A DNA stretch of 64,000 nucleotides from Octopus vulgaris. Taxonomy: Eukaryota. The DNA is taken from positions 27,342,001-27,406,000 of the forward strand of contig OX597838.1 of NCBI GenBank assembly GCA_951406725.2, given 5' to 3'. The notes under the pieces are model-generated. The model was not told where the DNA came from, ran no database searches, and saw only the letters and a list, made by a program, of their open reading frames with translations. Of this stretch, positions 1-12,072 are shown one piece after another. The position numbers were made by a program, and so were the translations under genes. Position 1 is the stretch's first letter; each line of letters opens with the position of its first letter.

Positions 1-245
1 CAGCTTAATAATGACAAAGTAATTTTCCTGAATTTTTCAATATTTTCAACATGGATTGAAACAAGGTATTTCAACAGAAATATGGTAACAGAAAGGTGAA
101 ACTTTTTTCTACTTACCTGTTTGAGACCATTCCCAATACTATGCTACACATTTCCTGTTCTAAAGTGTGCTAAATTAAAACTGTCCATCAAATTCCATTT
201 TATTTTATGCGCCAATAGTGATAAATTTATTTTATGGAATTCTTT
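1..245. mobile_element. Two partial copies of TTAA-MITE family 2
   Basis: Shares 'cagcttaataatgacaaagt...gaaatatggtaaca' with the fuller copies at 29203-29425 and 43819-44055. Confidence 0.55.
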
Positions 246-385
246 ATTACTGCCTCCGCCTTAGCAAAGGTGGAGGTATTGTTTTGAGTCATGTTTGTTT
301 GTTTGTTTGTCTGTGGACAATATATCTCAAGAACTGCTGGAGGGATTAGGATGAAACTTTCAGGGATGTTTGGCCTCATGACATT
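245..385. mobile_element. Helentron/HINE (DINE-1-like) non-autonomous element end
   Basis: Subterminal hairpin 'cctccgcctt agca aaggtggagg' followed by a (GTTT)n/GTCT microsatellite and 'atctcaagaactgctgg...gatgaaacttt', the typical HINE layout. Confidence 0.5.
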
Positions 386-389
386 GACT

Positions 390-546
390 GCAGTGCTCTA
401 CTGGTACTTATGTTATCAGCCCCCAAAATATAAATGGTAAAGTCAATCTTGGCAGAATCTGAACTCAGACTCTGACTGTAGAGTCTGAAGGAATGCTGCT
501 AAACATTTTGTCCATCAAACTAATGTTTCTGCTAGCTTGCCACCTT
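390..546 (-). mobile_element. SINE family B, diverged copy
   Basis: Reverse match to the family-B body (ctggtacttat...aaagtcaatcttggcagaat...gaactcaga). Confidence 0.65.
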
Positions 547-1489
547 AAAATATTTCCTATTTCTGAGTTTGCCAGAGTATAAATAATAATAATAATAATA
601 ATCATCACCATTCGACTACTAAGCTCATTTATCAAAATATCTACTTAACGCTGCTAAATACAGACACATTAAATATATATTAAGTCCGTTTCTGATATTG
701 TCTCTCTGTTTTGCTTTGCTATCTTTGGTATCAGTTACAGTTTTAAATCTGGCTGCTCTAGCTTTTACTTCTTGATTGATTGCTACAGTGACAATCCTCC
801 CATGACACCCACATTTTGCGTTGTTTATGAAGTTGAGTTAAGCTAATTTCATTTCGTTCCCTGAATGGATGGAAGATAGTTAATTCCAGAAGGGTTGGTT
901 GACTCCGGAACATTAAGGGATGTTACTAAATAACACTTTCAAATTTTGGCACAAGGCCAGCAAATCCAGGGCAGGAGACAAGTTGGGGTCACATTGACCC
1001 CAGTACTCAGCTGGTACTTATTTTATCGACCCTGAATTGATGAAAGGCTAAGTCAACCACTTGGTCTGTTATGTACTCTAGCAACATGTAAGCTAATGAG
1101 CAGGCCTCGATGTGGTGTTTCAACCTACTAGAAATAGCAGCACAATCTCTTTCGAATCACACTCTACCATCTTTAGAGAAAAGGAGAAATATAGTGGGTA
1201 ATGAAGTCCAGAGTAGGGAGACTGTACTCAACAGAGATGGTCATGGCTTCAGCCACTTTTGATGAAGAGAGAAACAAAAGCTGAAAGTATTCAGAAAATG
1301 AACACTCATGGTATAAGCATTTAGATATTTATGTATTTACTAAATGAATTTACATGGAATACAAAAAAAAATACAGAAAACTAAGGGAGAGAGAGGCATG
1401 TTTCTGGGAGTTTGGAATTATGCAGTCGTTGTAATGTCCATAATTAACTGACGGAATGTGCAATATGTATATATTTCAAAATGTAACCA

Positions 1490-1690
1490 AATGTGGATCA
1501 TTGGCAATTTTTTTCCCTCTGTCTTTGTTTTCTGTTGGACTTTCCTCCATTTCCTGTTTCCGACAAAGAGCTTTGCTCGAAACGTAAAACTACCTTTCGT
1601 TCCTTCCCTGAGCGTCTGCTAATACTTTGCATGTACCACGTCCTCACGTTGTTGCTTTTTTCTTGTGTTTTTTCTTTTTTTTTTATTAAC
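1490..1690 (+). mobile_element. Hammerhead-bearing, (TA)n-adjacent element, subfamily P1 (Penelope pseudo-LTR-like), degenerate core
   Basis: gttt-CCGACAA-a-gagc-ttt-gctc-GAAACGTA-aaac at 1556-1590; homologous to 35239-35440 and 41520-41705; 3' end runs into (TA)n. Confidence 0.65.
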
Positions 1691-1693
1691 TGT

Positions 1694-1748
<55 letters not shown>

Positions 1749-1788
1749 CACACACACACACACACACATATACATACACACACACATA

Positions 1789-2009
1789 TGAGGGGGTGCT
1801 GAAAAGTTCCTGGCTTTAAGGGTTTTGGGAAAGGCCTGGTTGGAGGCCCAACATTCCAAGATCTTTTACAGGGCTTAGAAAGACTGAAGGGCCACTGCAA
1901 TAAATGTATGAATCTGAGAGGAGGGGAATATGTTGAATAAAATCATAATTCACTGACCTTCTTGTATATTCTTTTACCTGAAGCCAAGAACTTTTTCTGC
2001 ACCCCATCA
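1789..2009 (+). mobile_element. Mariner-derived MITE
   Basis: TIRs tgagggggtgctgaaaagttcctggctt / aagccaagaactttttctgcaccccatca, TA on both sides; interior encodes a remnant of a mariner transposase C-terminus (GLERLKGHCNKCMNLRG..EYVE*). Confidence 0.85.
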
Positions 2010-2023
2010 TACACACACACACA

Positions 2024-2425
2024 CCATCATTATTTAACATCTGTTCTCCATGCTGGCATGGGTTGGATGATCTGAAGGAACTAACAAACCAGAGGATTGC
2101 ATCAAACACTACTGACTGCTCTACATGGTTTCTACTTCTAGATGCACTTCCCACTTTGCAGAGAATACTGGGTGCATTTTAGATGCACATATATATTCTG
2201 GTTGTGCATCTGTGTTGCTGTCTCCATGCTTCGATATCACATGATAGTTGTAAGCTAGTGTCACTGTCGTATGAGCATTGTCCTTTGTTATAAATCTGCT
2301 GAGAAAACATGTCTTGTCATGGGGAAAATTTTACCTTATTTGGAAACAGTTGAGTGTTGGCAACAGGAAGAGCATCTGGCTGTAAAAATTCTTATCTCAA
2401 CGAATTCCATCTGATTCATCTGGGC
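2024..2425. mobile_element. SINE tail modules E (minus, 2024-2180) and F (plus, 2200-2425)
   Basis: 'ccatgctggcatgggttgga' module and 'ggaaacag.tgag.gttggcaacaggaag.gcatc' module, each repeated many times in the window. Confidence 0.6.
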
Positions 2426-2449
2426 ATCAGATTTCTCTGTCACATCTAG

Positions 2450-2627
2450 AGCTTAATTATTCACATTGTTTTGAATCAATCATGTATTATCTGAAGGTCT
2501 TCAAGGTTTTGATGCCGTGAATGTTTATTTGTAGGGTTGGTGTGAGAGACCGCATATAGCCATTTTGAACACAAAACAGGCAGAATATTTGGGCCAGATG
2601 TGGGCCAGTTTAAATGCCAGGGGTTAA
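2450..2627. mobile_element. TTAA-MITE family 1, diverged partial copy
   Basis: Similar to 37321-37539; ends ggccagtttaaatgccaggggTTAA. Confidence 0.6.
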
Positions 2628-3250
2628 GATGTACAAGCACAAAGTTGAACAGCACTAAAAATGCACTTGCATTTGGCACTCTACCATTTCTTTTTGATGC
2701 TACCACCTCTTAATGACAAGAAAACTGAAGCAGAGAAAGAATATTGATTGTCAGACACAAGACAAGAATTCATTTTCTGTTGTGTAAATTTACATGTTTG
2801 GAGTGCATTATCTGAGCAACACTATTTCCTTCTTTCATTCTAACACATCGTTATTAGCAGTTCTTTGATGATGATAAATAAATTATAACTGGCTAATTAT
2901 TTTGTCTCTGCTTTAGATTTTCCACACCAGTTATATTAACAGAATTCTTGTAAAATTTATTTCTACTCTGGTTTGGTTAGGTTTGGTTTTGTGTAATGTG
3001 GGGTATGGTTTGGTTTGGTGTGGCATGTGATTTTCGTGTGATTTATTCTGCTATTGTAATGGTAAGTTTTGCCATTTCTTTTCAAAAGCATCTGTTTTCT
3101 TGTCTGTACTGTTTCCTCTGTTGGTGCTTAATATTAGATGTGAATAAATATTACATCTAACGTACAAACTGCTTTCTTCTACTTCAATGGCTTTGTTTGT
3201 TTTTGTGATTGTTGATTAATTAATTAAATAAATCATTTATTTGAAGGCTC

Positions 3251-3640
3251 AAGCATGGCTGCGTGGTTAAGAAGCTTGCCCTGCAGCCGTGCAGTTTCAG
3301 GTTCAGTCACACTGTGCAGCACCTTGGGCAAGTGCCTTGTACTATACCCCCGTGCTGGCCACTGTCTTGTGAGTGAATTTGGTAGGCAGAAACTGTGTGG
3401 AAGCCTGTCATACATGTATGTGTGTGTGTGTATGTCTGTCTATGTGTTTGTCCCCTCCACAGCTTGACAACCAGTGTTGGTTTGTTTACATCCCAGTAAC
3501 TTGGCTTTTCGGCAAAAATGTCTGATAAAACAAGTACCAGACTTTAAAATAAATACTGGGTTCCATTTTTTCAACTAAACCCATCATGGTAATGCCCCAG
3601 CATGGCCACAGTCCAATGACTGAAACAAGAGATAAAAGAT
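3251..3640 (+). mobile_element. SINE family A, full-length older copy
   Basis: tRNA-like head (A box tggctgcgtggtt, B box ggttcagtc), 'accttgggcaagt' core, internal (TG)n, tail 'atgactgaaacaag'. Confidence 0.85.
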
Positions 3641-4276
3641 TTTTTCCATATGAAGTATATAGATGAATAGTGTAGAATAGTGTATTGTAGAACCATTGTC
3701 TATTAGTTGTTGATGTGTTTTGACCCCAGGCAAGCCCTGATCAAGCAGAGCTCTGATCTAAGTTGTTCCAGCCACCATCTTACTGTCTTTTAATATATTA
3801 GGTTCATTGTTCAGTGTACCCTTCTTTATTTCAAACAGTAGTATGTGATTTAGGGTGAGGTTTAGTTTCTATATCTAGTCAATCAAATGACTATGCAGAG
3901 TTTCCGTTTGTCTCCTGTGTTTCTTTTACATTACATTTATTAATTTTTTCCATGATAGCATGAATGCATATTATTGAAGTGTTGTTTTGCAACCTGATGG
4001 ATGCACTTGCTGTTGCTAACCCTTACCTGTTTTTCCAGCAAAATGTTATTTCATTTTTGTATGTCTTCAAAAGTACAAAGCTACCAGACATTTTGTTGAC
4101 AGAGAAATGACAGTGGAGGGCATTGACAATAGCGCATGTGCCATGTGATCACAGATTGTAAACATCCTTGCAGACATGCTTGCATGCATGCATGCACATG
4201 CACACATTCATACACACACATCACATCACATCACAAAGCACCTCCCATGTACTTTTACAAGATGTGGAATACTAGA

Positions 4277-4397
4277 GACTTTATAGTTTCAACCTGCTAA
4301 CTTTCATTGGACAGTGGTACATTTGGGTTCATCTCGGCTTTATATTGCCAAATGTAGCACAGTCTGATGAAGGTTAGCAGACAGAAGCTTTGAAGTC
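4277..4397. repeat. Imperfect inverted repeat with hammerhead-like core
   Basis: Arms 4277-4326 and 4348-4397; right arm has CTGATGA at 4364-4370, left arm preserves the complementary GAAAC; (TA)n about 35 bp downstream. Confidence 0.55.
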
Positions 4398-4427
4398 ACC
4401 GTCACTCCTCTTTTTTGTAAAAGTACA

Positions 4428-4464
<37 letters not shown>

Positions 4465-4548
4465 AAAAGCATTGAGTCTTTGTTCAGTTCAGTGTTGAAT
4501 TGTTTTTGTTATAACTTGACATAAAAACAAGTATTGATAAATATGTCT

Positions 4549-4597
<49 letters not shown>

Positions 4598-5275
4598 TCT
4601 AACTTGAAGGTATTTTATATATTACTGGTTTTTTTTGTTGTTTGTTTTGCTTATTTAATGATGTTTCTTAGTTAAAAAAAACGACAGACAGACAGATGAA
4701 TCCTTCATGAGAAATGATTGCAAAACTTATCGACTGATATAAAGTAAAGAGAATCACATGACTGTCTGGGTCTATACAAGATTGTAGGGGTTTTTGGAGA
4801 GCGAGTAACAAAGTAATGAAAATATATTTGGTGATGAATCGATATCTGAGTAAATAACAGTTTTTAATAATGATTCCTAACAATATTTGAATAAATATTA
4901 TTTCCTAGGTTTTTTCTTTTTTTTTGCTCTTTTATTTTTAAGTTCTTTTTTACAACTTCTGATTTGCACAACAGGCAGCTTAATGAAAATCCTGCTTTGA
5001 TGGTGGTGTTGATTGCTGATATTGTTTAGTCCTGGGTTGGCTGTGAAAAAGAAGAAGCAGACTGATGATTAAAGGCATTCCAACCATGACCATCTCATCC
5101 TCACACACCTTGTGTATCTAGGACTGCATTATCCAATGCGCCCAGCGTTTTTTTTTTTTTTTTATCAAAGCACAATGTAATTTGGTTGAGATTTACCTAC
5201 CATTTTTAGCAGGTCGAGTGACCACTTGGATACTCCTTTCTGACTTTTGTTGCTGTTCTGTTGCAACTCCTCCTC

Positions 5276-5318
<43 letters not shown>

Positions 5319-5319
<1 letters not shown>

Positions 5320-5530
5320 GGCAGTGAGCTGGCAGAATCGTTAGCTCACCGGGCAAAACATGTGGAATTTCATAAGTCTTCTTGTTTTGAGTTCAAATTC
5401 TGCTGAGGTTGACATTACCTTTTATCCTTTTTGGGCCGATGAAATAAGTACCAGTTGAGCACAGGGGTTGGTGTAATTGAGTTAATCGCCCACCCAAATT
5501 TCAGGTCTTGTGTCTATAGTAGAAAGGATT
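5319..5530 (+). mobile_element. SINE family B (older tail variant)
   Basis: aggcagtgagctggcagaatcgttagc...gagttcaaattc...gatgaaataagtaccag...tgtctatagtagaaaggatt, preceded by (TTA)n. Confidence 0.8.
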
Positions 5531-5736
5531 ATTATCATTGTTATCAGTAGTGGTGGTCATGGGAGGATGAGGATGTGGTGGAAAAGGACAAGTGTGGTAG
5601 GTGCTTTGATAGGTTAGTAGATGAACTGTGAGGCTGGACTTGCATCCTGTCAAAAGATTTATGATGCACACTTGACCAAGACAGCAATTTCAATGGCCAA
5701 GTCTACCTAGCTTTAAGTAGGGAATATGAGTGGTAT

Positions 5737-6117
5737 GGAGGCGCAATGGCCCAGTGGTTAGGGCAGCGGACTTGCGGTCATAGGATCGTGGTTTCGATTC
5801 CCAGACTGGGTGTTGAGTGTTTATTGAGCGAAAACACCTAAAAGCTCCACGAGGCTCCGGCAGGGGATGGTGGTGATCCCTGCTGTACTCTTTCACCACA
5901 ACTTTCTCTCACTCTTACTTCCTGTTTCTGTTGTACCTGTATTTCAAGGGGTCGACCATGTCACTCTCTGTGTCACGCTGAATATCCCCGAGAACTACGT
6001 TAAGGGTGCACGTGTCTGTGGAGTGCTCAGCCACTTACACGTTAATTTCATGAGCAGGCTGTTCCGTTGATTCGGATCAACCGGAACCCTCATCATCATA
6101 ACCGACGGAGTGCTTCC
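5737..6117 (+). mobile_element. tRNA-derived SINE, head C + tail Y, full length
   Basis: A box tggcccagtggtt, B box gtttcgattcc; TSD atgagtggtatg at 5726-5737 and 6118-6129; near-identical to 52522-52905. Confidence 0.9.
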
Positions 6118-6634
6118 ATGAGTGGTATGATTACTATTCTATTCTCTTCCATCAAAATTTTATGCTAGTGTATGTTCCAAGCACCAGCTTAATAAAGACA
6201 AACTTATTTTGCTAAATTCTTGAGTACTTTCAAAATTAATTGAAACGAAAAGTCATGTATTTCATCAGAAATATGGTAACAAAAGGGTTAAATGTAAGCA
6301 TTAATATTGTAAGGCAAGAGACTTGGTCTTGTAGAACCAGAAGCAAGATGGTGGTGAGTTGTATTTGGTTTCCAAATGAGAACTTGTTTGACTTTGCTAT
6401 AGAAAAACAAACAGCTTTCCAGTTAGTAGTTAGTGTACTGCTGTTACCTGTATAGTAACTTAATAATTATTACTACGTATAACTAAACATACCTGTAAAT
6501 CTTGTTAAGTTTAAACTGACTGACCAGGTAGCCAGATAAACTGAATGTTACTAATGCACTAGTGTGTTTATGTAGTGCACTGCATATATATATCTGTGTA
6601 TGTATATGTATGTTATATATATATATATATATAT

Positions 6635-6908
6635 ATATAATTCGAGATAAAACCACTATTTTAAAACCAAAAAGGATAAATATTTTAAAAAAATATGAAA
6701 AGACTTAATCAATACATAAAATTTTAATATAAATTAAATAAACCGGTTTATTTAATTTATATTAAAATTTTATGTATTGATTAAGTCTTTCCTTGTTTGG
6801 TTTTAAAATAGTGGTTTTGTCTCGAATTATATTATATAATATTTTACTATAAAATTGGATTTAACCCTAAATCTGATTTTTCCCTGTAATTTTGGATTCA
6901 TTCCCTAA

Positions 6909-6911
<3 letters not shown>
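6635..6911. repeat. Long hairpin insert between (TA)n tracts
   Basis: Perfect 92-bp palindrome 6699-6790 centred on aaCC|GGtt, outer arms ~6635-6676 and 6791-6830, then ~80 bp unique tail. Confidence 0.85.
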
Positions 6912-6981
<70 letters not shown>

Positions 6982-7633
6982 AATTTAGTTTATTGCCTTC
7001 AGTATCTGGGGGTTATTCATCATTTTTCTTATTTATTATTTTTCTCCATGCTTACGTGGTTTATCAGGTTTACTCCACTAAATCTGTCACCAAACAAATC
7101 ACGCAAGAAATACAACTTTATCCATATCGGATTCTGTAACTAAATCAATAGATCATAATAGCCCAATGCCCTAATTAAAGCCGGTTAGATATTCGTTTAT
7201 GTCTCACTTGTCAGCTATCATATATCTTACATCATCATTTTATGTCTGTTTCTTCACGGTGGAGTAAATCTCACAGTGTGTCAACACTCAGCGCTCTGTC
7301 TTCCATCATTAAATGCCACACACAGAAAAAGACAAAGACAAACAAAAAAAAAAAAAAATCCCAAACCGTCCATCTTTGTTTTTGTGTATGTCATGTATTT
7401 TTTTTTTTGTTTCATTTGTTTGTTTTGGCTTCTCCTTTTTGCTTTTCGCAAGACAAATAGTTTAACCCCCCTCCAATCATATATTTGAATTTTCTGCTTG
7501 AGTTCCAAAATCCGAAACATGCCTCAATAATCGATTATATTTTGTTGTCATTATCGTCGTCATTGCTGCTCTATAGCCTTCAGATCAGCCTTGCTGGAGA
7601 AGAGCATAAATTGTATTCCAGCTGCGACTATCT

Positions 7634-7673
<40 letters not shown>

Positions 7674-8267
7674 TCTCTTTTTCTCTTCCAGCTATGAATT
7701 ATCTAGGACTCTGATACAAGTGCATTTGTTTTCATTTTATTTAAATGATAGGGTGTGATGTGAAAGATATTTGGCTGCACTTTCTAGCAGGCTCAGTGAC
7801 CTTGCAGAAGCTGTCTCTCACCGAACTAACTAATTATCTGTATTAACTATAGGTGTGGTGGAAATGAAAGTTGTAGCATTGGCCACTTTATGTAGGGATA
7901 TTACTCATGTGGGGACATACAAATGTAAATGTTTGGGGTCCTTTCTAATGTGGGTGACGTTACTGATGTAAACGTGTGAGGGCGTTATTTATGTAAGGGC
8001 ATTTCTGAGATCAAGGGTCTGTGTGTGGACTTAATTTAGTAATGACACACTCACAAATATATTGAGGTCAGTGAAGTAAACTCACCAACCCACTGCTAGT
8101 TCGGTCACTATTTATAGTGACAGATAACTGTGGTACCTGGTTACAGTTAAGTTTTAAGTTACTGTTGTACCATTTGAGAGTTATGCAATGTTACTGATAA
8201 TTTATGAATGAGTATCTACTCAGCAACCCATCACCCCTCATATACATATATATGCATATACATATAC

Positions 8268-8322
<55 letters not shown>

Positions 8323-8383
8323 TCCAACCCATGCCAGCATGGAAAGCGGACGTTAAACGATGATGATGATGATATATATATAT

Positions 8384-8575
8384 AAAAGAAAATAAATGGC
8401 ACAACGAAGTACCGATAATTACTGGAAAATAACGAACGTAATAAATACGACGCTAATGTATAGCTTCACTGTAAATATCGGTACTTCGTTGTGCCATTTA
8501 TTTACTTTTATGTATAATTTTACCCTCACGGGCTATCCTTTACTGGAAAACAATACTCTCGTATTGCATTACTAT

Positions 8576-8580
<5 letters not shown>
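8384..8580. repeat. Hairpin insert between (TA)n tracts
   Basis: aataaatggcacaacgaagtaccgata (8390-8416) inverted at 8476-8502, plus a unique tail. Confidence 0.8.
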
Positions 8581-8621
<41 letters not shown>

Positions 8622-8626
<5 letters not shown>

Positions 8627-8810
8627 GGTCCCGGGTTGAGTCGGGGTTAACCACAGTAAATAAGGTACTCAATACATAGCAGAGTAAATTAATTTATTTT
8701 ATAGAAGGAGCTTCTACAGGACTAGAACTGTTTCATTCAAAAGAAATCATCAGGAAGCTTCCTGATGATTTCTTTTGAATGAAACAGTTCTAGTCCTGTA
8801 GAAGCTCCTT

Positions 8811-8817
<7 letters not shown>
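8622..8817. repeat. Perfect 118-bp palindrome with hammerhead core, between (TA)n tracts
   Basis: 8699-8816 perfect inverted repeat centred between 8757 and 8758; each arm carries CTGATGA-tttcttttgaat-GAAAC...GTC. Confidence 0.85.
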
Positions 8818-8851
<34 letters not shown>

Positions 8852-9040
8852 TCATCATCATATGTCTGTGTTAAAACATCTGAAAGTCATAGACAGGTGA
8901 GATAACTCACCCTAGATCCCATTTAGGAGTGAGGAACATCGATGTTTTGCCATTTTTGTGGCTTATCACCATCACATGCATGAACTGAATTGAGGGTGGA
9001 CTGACTTGCCAGTCCATAACTATATACAAATTTATCTTGA

Positions 9041-9181
9041 TTTAGCTGTGAGGCCGCATCATTGACTCAAGGACCAAGAGTTTTGTACACTGCACTTTCA
9101 TTAAAAAGTGGCTTTTTGTAAATGTGAAGCTGCACACAAAACTCTCGTCCCTTCAGTCTCTCGTGTAGCTTGCACAGTTAA
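9041..9181. mobile_element. Small hairpin MITE
   Basis: Imperfect arms gactcaaggaccaagagttttgt / acaaaactctcgtcccttcagtc; related short copy at ~21425-21480. Confidence 0.5.
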
Positions 9182-9499
9182 ATAAAAAGTGCATGTACAC
9201 ACACACACACACACACACAGAGTGGCATCTTGCGCCTGAGTAGGTTGGAGCGGGGTGGGGGAATTATGTTAAGTGTACAGGTGTTTATGGGTTACTCTGT
9301 TACTTACACTACTAACGAGCATGGAGCAGATAGTGTACCATTGATTTCAACAACTGGAACGCTGGCTGTTGTAAACCGACACCAGATCCATAATTTCCTT
9401 CAGAAGTAAAATATTCAGCTGGAGTGAAAGAACACAAGAGAGAATTTGATTGAGGAGTTTAGTGTCTACTACTACTTCTTTTTTTTCCGCCCCACCCTC

Positions 9500-10113
9500 C
9501 TCCACCTTTGACTTTGCCTTCTTCTTCTTTGCCTTCTTCTTCTTTGCCTTCTTCTTCTTCTTTGCCTTCTTCTTCTTCTTCTTCGCCTTCTTCAATTTCT
9601 CCTTCTCTTCTTCTTCTTCTTCTTCTTCTTCTTCTTTGCCTTCTTCTTCTTCCTTTGCTCTCCTTTGCCTTTGCCATTTTCTTCTTTGCTCCTTCTTTGC
9701 CCTCTTCTTCTTTTCCCCCCTTCTCTTTTGCCTTCTCCTTTGCTCTTCTTTGCCTTCTTCCCTTTCGCTTTCTTCTTCTTCTTTGCCATCTTCTTCTTCT
9801 TCTTCTTTGCCTTCTTCTTCTTCTTCTCCTCCTCCTCCTCCTTTGCCGTTTTCTTCTTTGCTATCTTCTCCTTTCTTCTCCTTTGCTCCTTCTTCTTTGC
9901 CCTCTTCTCCTTTTTCCCCTTCTCCTTTGCCTTTTTCTCCTTTGCTCTCCTTGCCGTTTTCTTCTTTGCTCCTTCTTCTTTGCCCTCTTCTCCTTCTTTT
10001 CCCCCTTCCCCTTTGCTCTTCTTTGCCTTCTTCCCTTTCGCTTTCTTCTCCTTTGCTCTCTTCTTCTTCTTTGCCCTCTTCTTTGTTTTTACCTGTTTTG
10101 TCTTCTTCTTCTT
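9500..10113. repeat. (CTT)n-based polypyrimidine minisatellite with TTTGCC interruptions
   Basis: Directly visible; includes internal block duplications (for example ~9735-9775 and ~10010-10050). Confidence 0.9.
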
Positions 10114-10394
10114 TGAGGAAATTTAAGTGTCTTTCAGCCATTGGTGAAGGATGGTCGTTGATGGAGGGCACAGTAAATAACAAACAATAATTAGTGAGAA
10201 GTTTATTTTATATAATTATTTATTTATTAACTCTTATGATTATACTTTCTAGGGAAATTGTGGAGGGGGAAAAAAAAAAGTCCAAAATGATAATGATTTA
10301 GATAATTTTCAGATTTTTTAAAAAGTTATTTTTGAAATTACTTTGAATAAATTCATGTAGTCATGGAAATGGATTAACACTTTTTATTTATTTA

Positions 10395-10860
10395 TTTCCT
10401 TCTCTCTCTTCCCCCCCTCTCTCTCTGCCCTTCTTTCTATCTATTTTCTGCACATCTCTTGCTCTTTCTCTCTTATTCTCCTCTCCCATATCTTTCTGTT
10501 CTGTTTTTTTCCACCTGTCTATTCCCTCTCCATCCTTCTCTTTCTCTTGTTCTCTCTCTCTCTCTCTCTCCCCTATTTTCTCCCTTATCTTACCCTTCTC
10601 TTTTTTCTCCAACTGTCTATTCCCTCTCTGTCCTTCTCTCGCTCTCTCTCTCTCACTTTCTCCCCTCTCTCTTACTCTCCTCTATCTTACTCTTCTCTTT
10701 TTTTCCCCAACTGTCTATTCCCTCTCTGTCCTTTTCTTTCTCTCTCTCTCTCACTCTCTCCCCTCTCTCTTACTCTCCCCTATCTTACTCTTCTGTTTCT
10801 CCCAGCTGTCTATTCTCTCTCTCCCTTCTCTCTCTCTCTTTTGCTCTCCATCCCCTCTCT
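10395..10860. repeat. CT-rich tandem repeat, ~100-bp unit, about 4 copies
   Basis: Recurrent 'tcttactcttct...cca.ctgtctattc.ctctc' blocks. Confidence 0.75.
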
Positions 10861-11514
10861 CTACCTGACATTAATTTAAAACTAAATTTAGAACAATTTT
10901 TTCTTCTCCTAATTCGAGTGTTGTCTGTGATTTGAATTTTAAAGCTTTCTGATGTCAAATGGAATTAAAGCATGACGTGTACGTATAGTTTTGACTGTGA
11001 AGTGCATCTACACTGCATCCAGAATGTGTGTAGAGAGGGTGCATAGTTTTGCACAGCAAATACAAGTGCATGTATACTACATCCAGCATGTGTATGAGGT
11101 GCATAGCTTTGTAGTTGTATGGTATGCAATGGCAAGCAAACAAGCACACATACAGCCAAATTTAGAAGCTGAATGACATGTATGCATTTGTGTGTAATTA
11201 CACAAAAAAAAAAAAAACCCAAAAAACTTTTGGCCTTTTTGAAGCATTAAAGTTAACTTGTTTTTGGAAATAAAAATTTGCTCCGATTTTTCAATTATGT
11301 AATCTGGATGTATAGGATACAAAACATTTCATGATTAATAATAGGAATTTTACACCAAAAGGAAAACAGGAATAATTTGGTTTCAATAAGAGATTTAGTG
11401 TTGTGGCAGTTGTTTAACCCCAGGTCAGCTCAAAGGTGTTTCAGCCATGATCATATGGGTTCTTTTTCGGTATGTCTACTTCAGTGGTTCTCAACCTATT
11501 TGCCACCCACCTGA

Positions 11515-11746
11515 GGGCAGTGAGCTGGCAAGATCGTTAGCACGCCTTGCGAAATATTTAGCGGTATTTCGTCTGCTGTTACGTTCTGAGTTCGAATTCC
11601 GCCGAGGTCGACTTTGCCTTTTATCCTTTCGGGGTCAATTAAATGAGTACCAGTTACACACTGGGGTCGATATAATTGACTTAATCTGTTTGTCTGTCCT
11701 TGTTTGTCCCCTCTGTGTTTAGCCCCTTGTGGGTAGTAAAGAAATA
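11515..11746 (+). mobile_element. SINE family B, young full-length copy
   Basis: Head with gagttcgaattcc B box; central 'gtcgactttgcctttcatcctttcggggtcgataaa.gagtacc' segment resembles the Meta-type SINE conserved domain (from memory); tail 'gtgggtagtaaagaaata'. Confidence 0.85.
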
Positions 11747-11903
11747 GATACTGCCCTTGGTCCTTTGGTAAAAACTTCCCTTTTTCAAGTTATCTAAGTT
11801 GAAATCTTCCTTCAGAATTTCATGTTGATTTATGTTGCAAACACTAACTTAATAATGACAAAATTATTTGATTGAAACTCAGAACATAGCAGCAGATGAA
11901 ATA

Positions 11904-12072
11904 CCTATTTCTTTACTACCCACAAGGGGCTAGACACAGAGAGGACAAACAAGGACATACAAACGGATTAAGTTGATTATATCGACCCCAGTGCGTAACT
12001 GGTACTTATCTAATCGACCCCAAAAGGATGAAAGGCAAAGTCGACCTCGGCGGAATTTGAACTCACAACGTA
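11904..12072 (-). mobile_element. SINE family B, inverted relative to the preceding copy
   Basis: Reverse complement of ~11580-11746. Confidence 0.85.

Noticed and set aside
109-120. Minus-strand CAG|GTAAGT motifs (also ~44060)
   Set aside because: No upstream polypyrimidine tract on that strand, so these are not recursive-site candidates.
1860-1940. Mariner transposase CDS
   Set aside because: Only a short frameshifted C-terminal remnant within a 220-bp MITE.
5737-5815. tRNA gene (also ~36985-37052 and ~52830-52905)
   Set aside because: A and B boxes are present, but the sequence continues into a multi-copy SINE body, with TSDs at 5737 and 52522; these are tRNA-derived heads and not tRNA genes.
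9347-10183. 278-aa Lys/Glu-rich ORF as a real gene
   Set aside because: Stop-free only because of (GAA)n composition; open on both strands with no domain signal.
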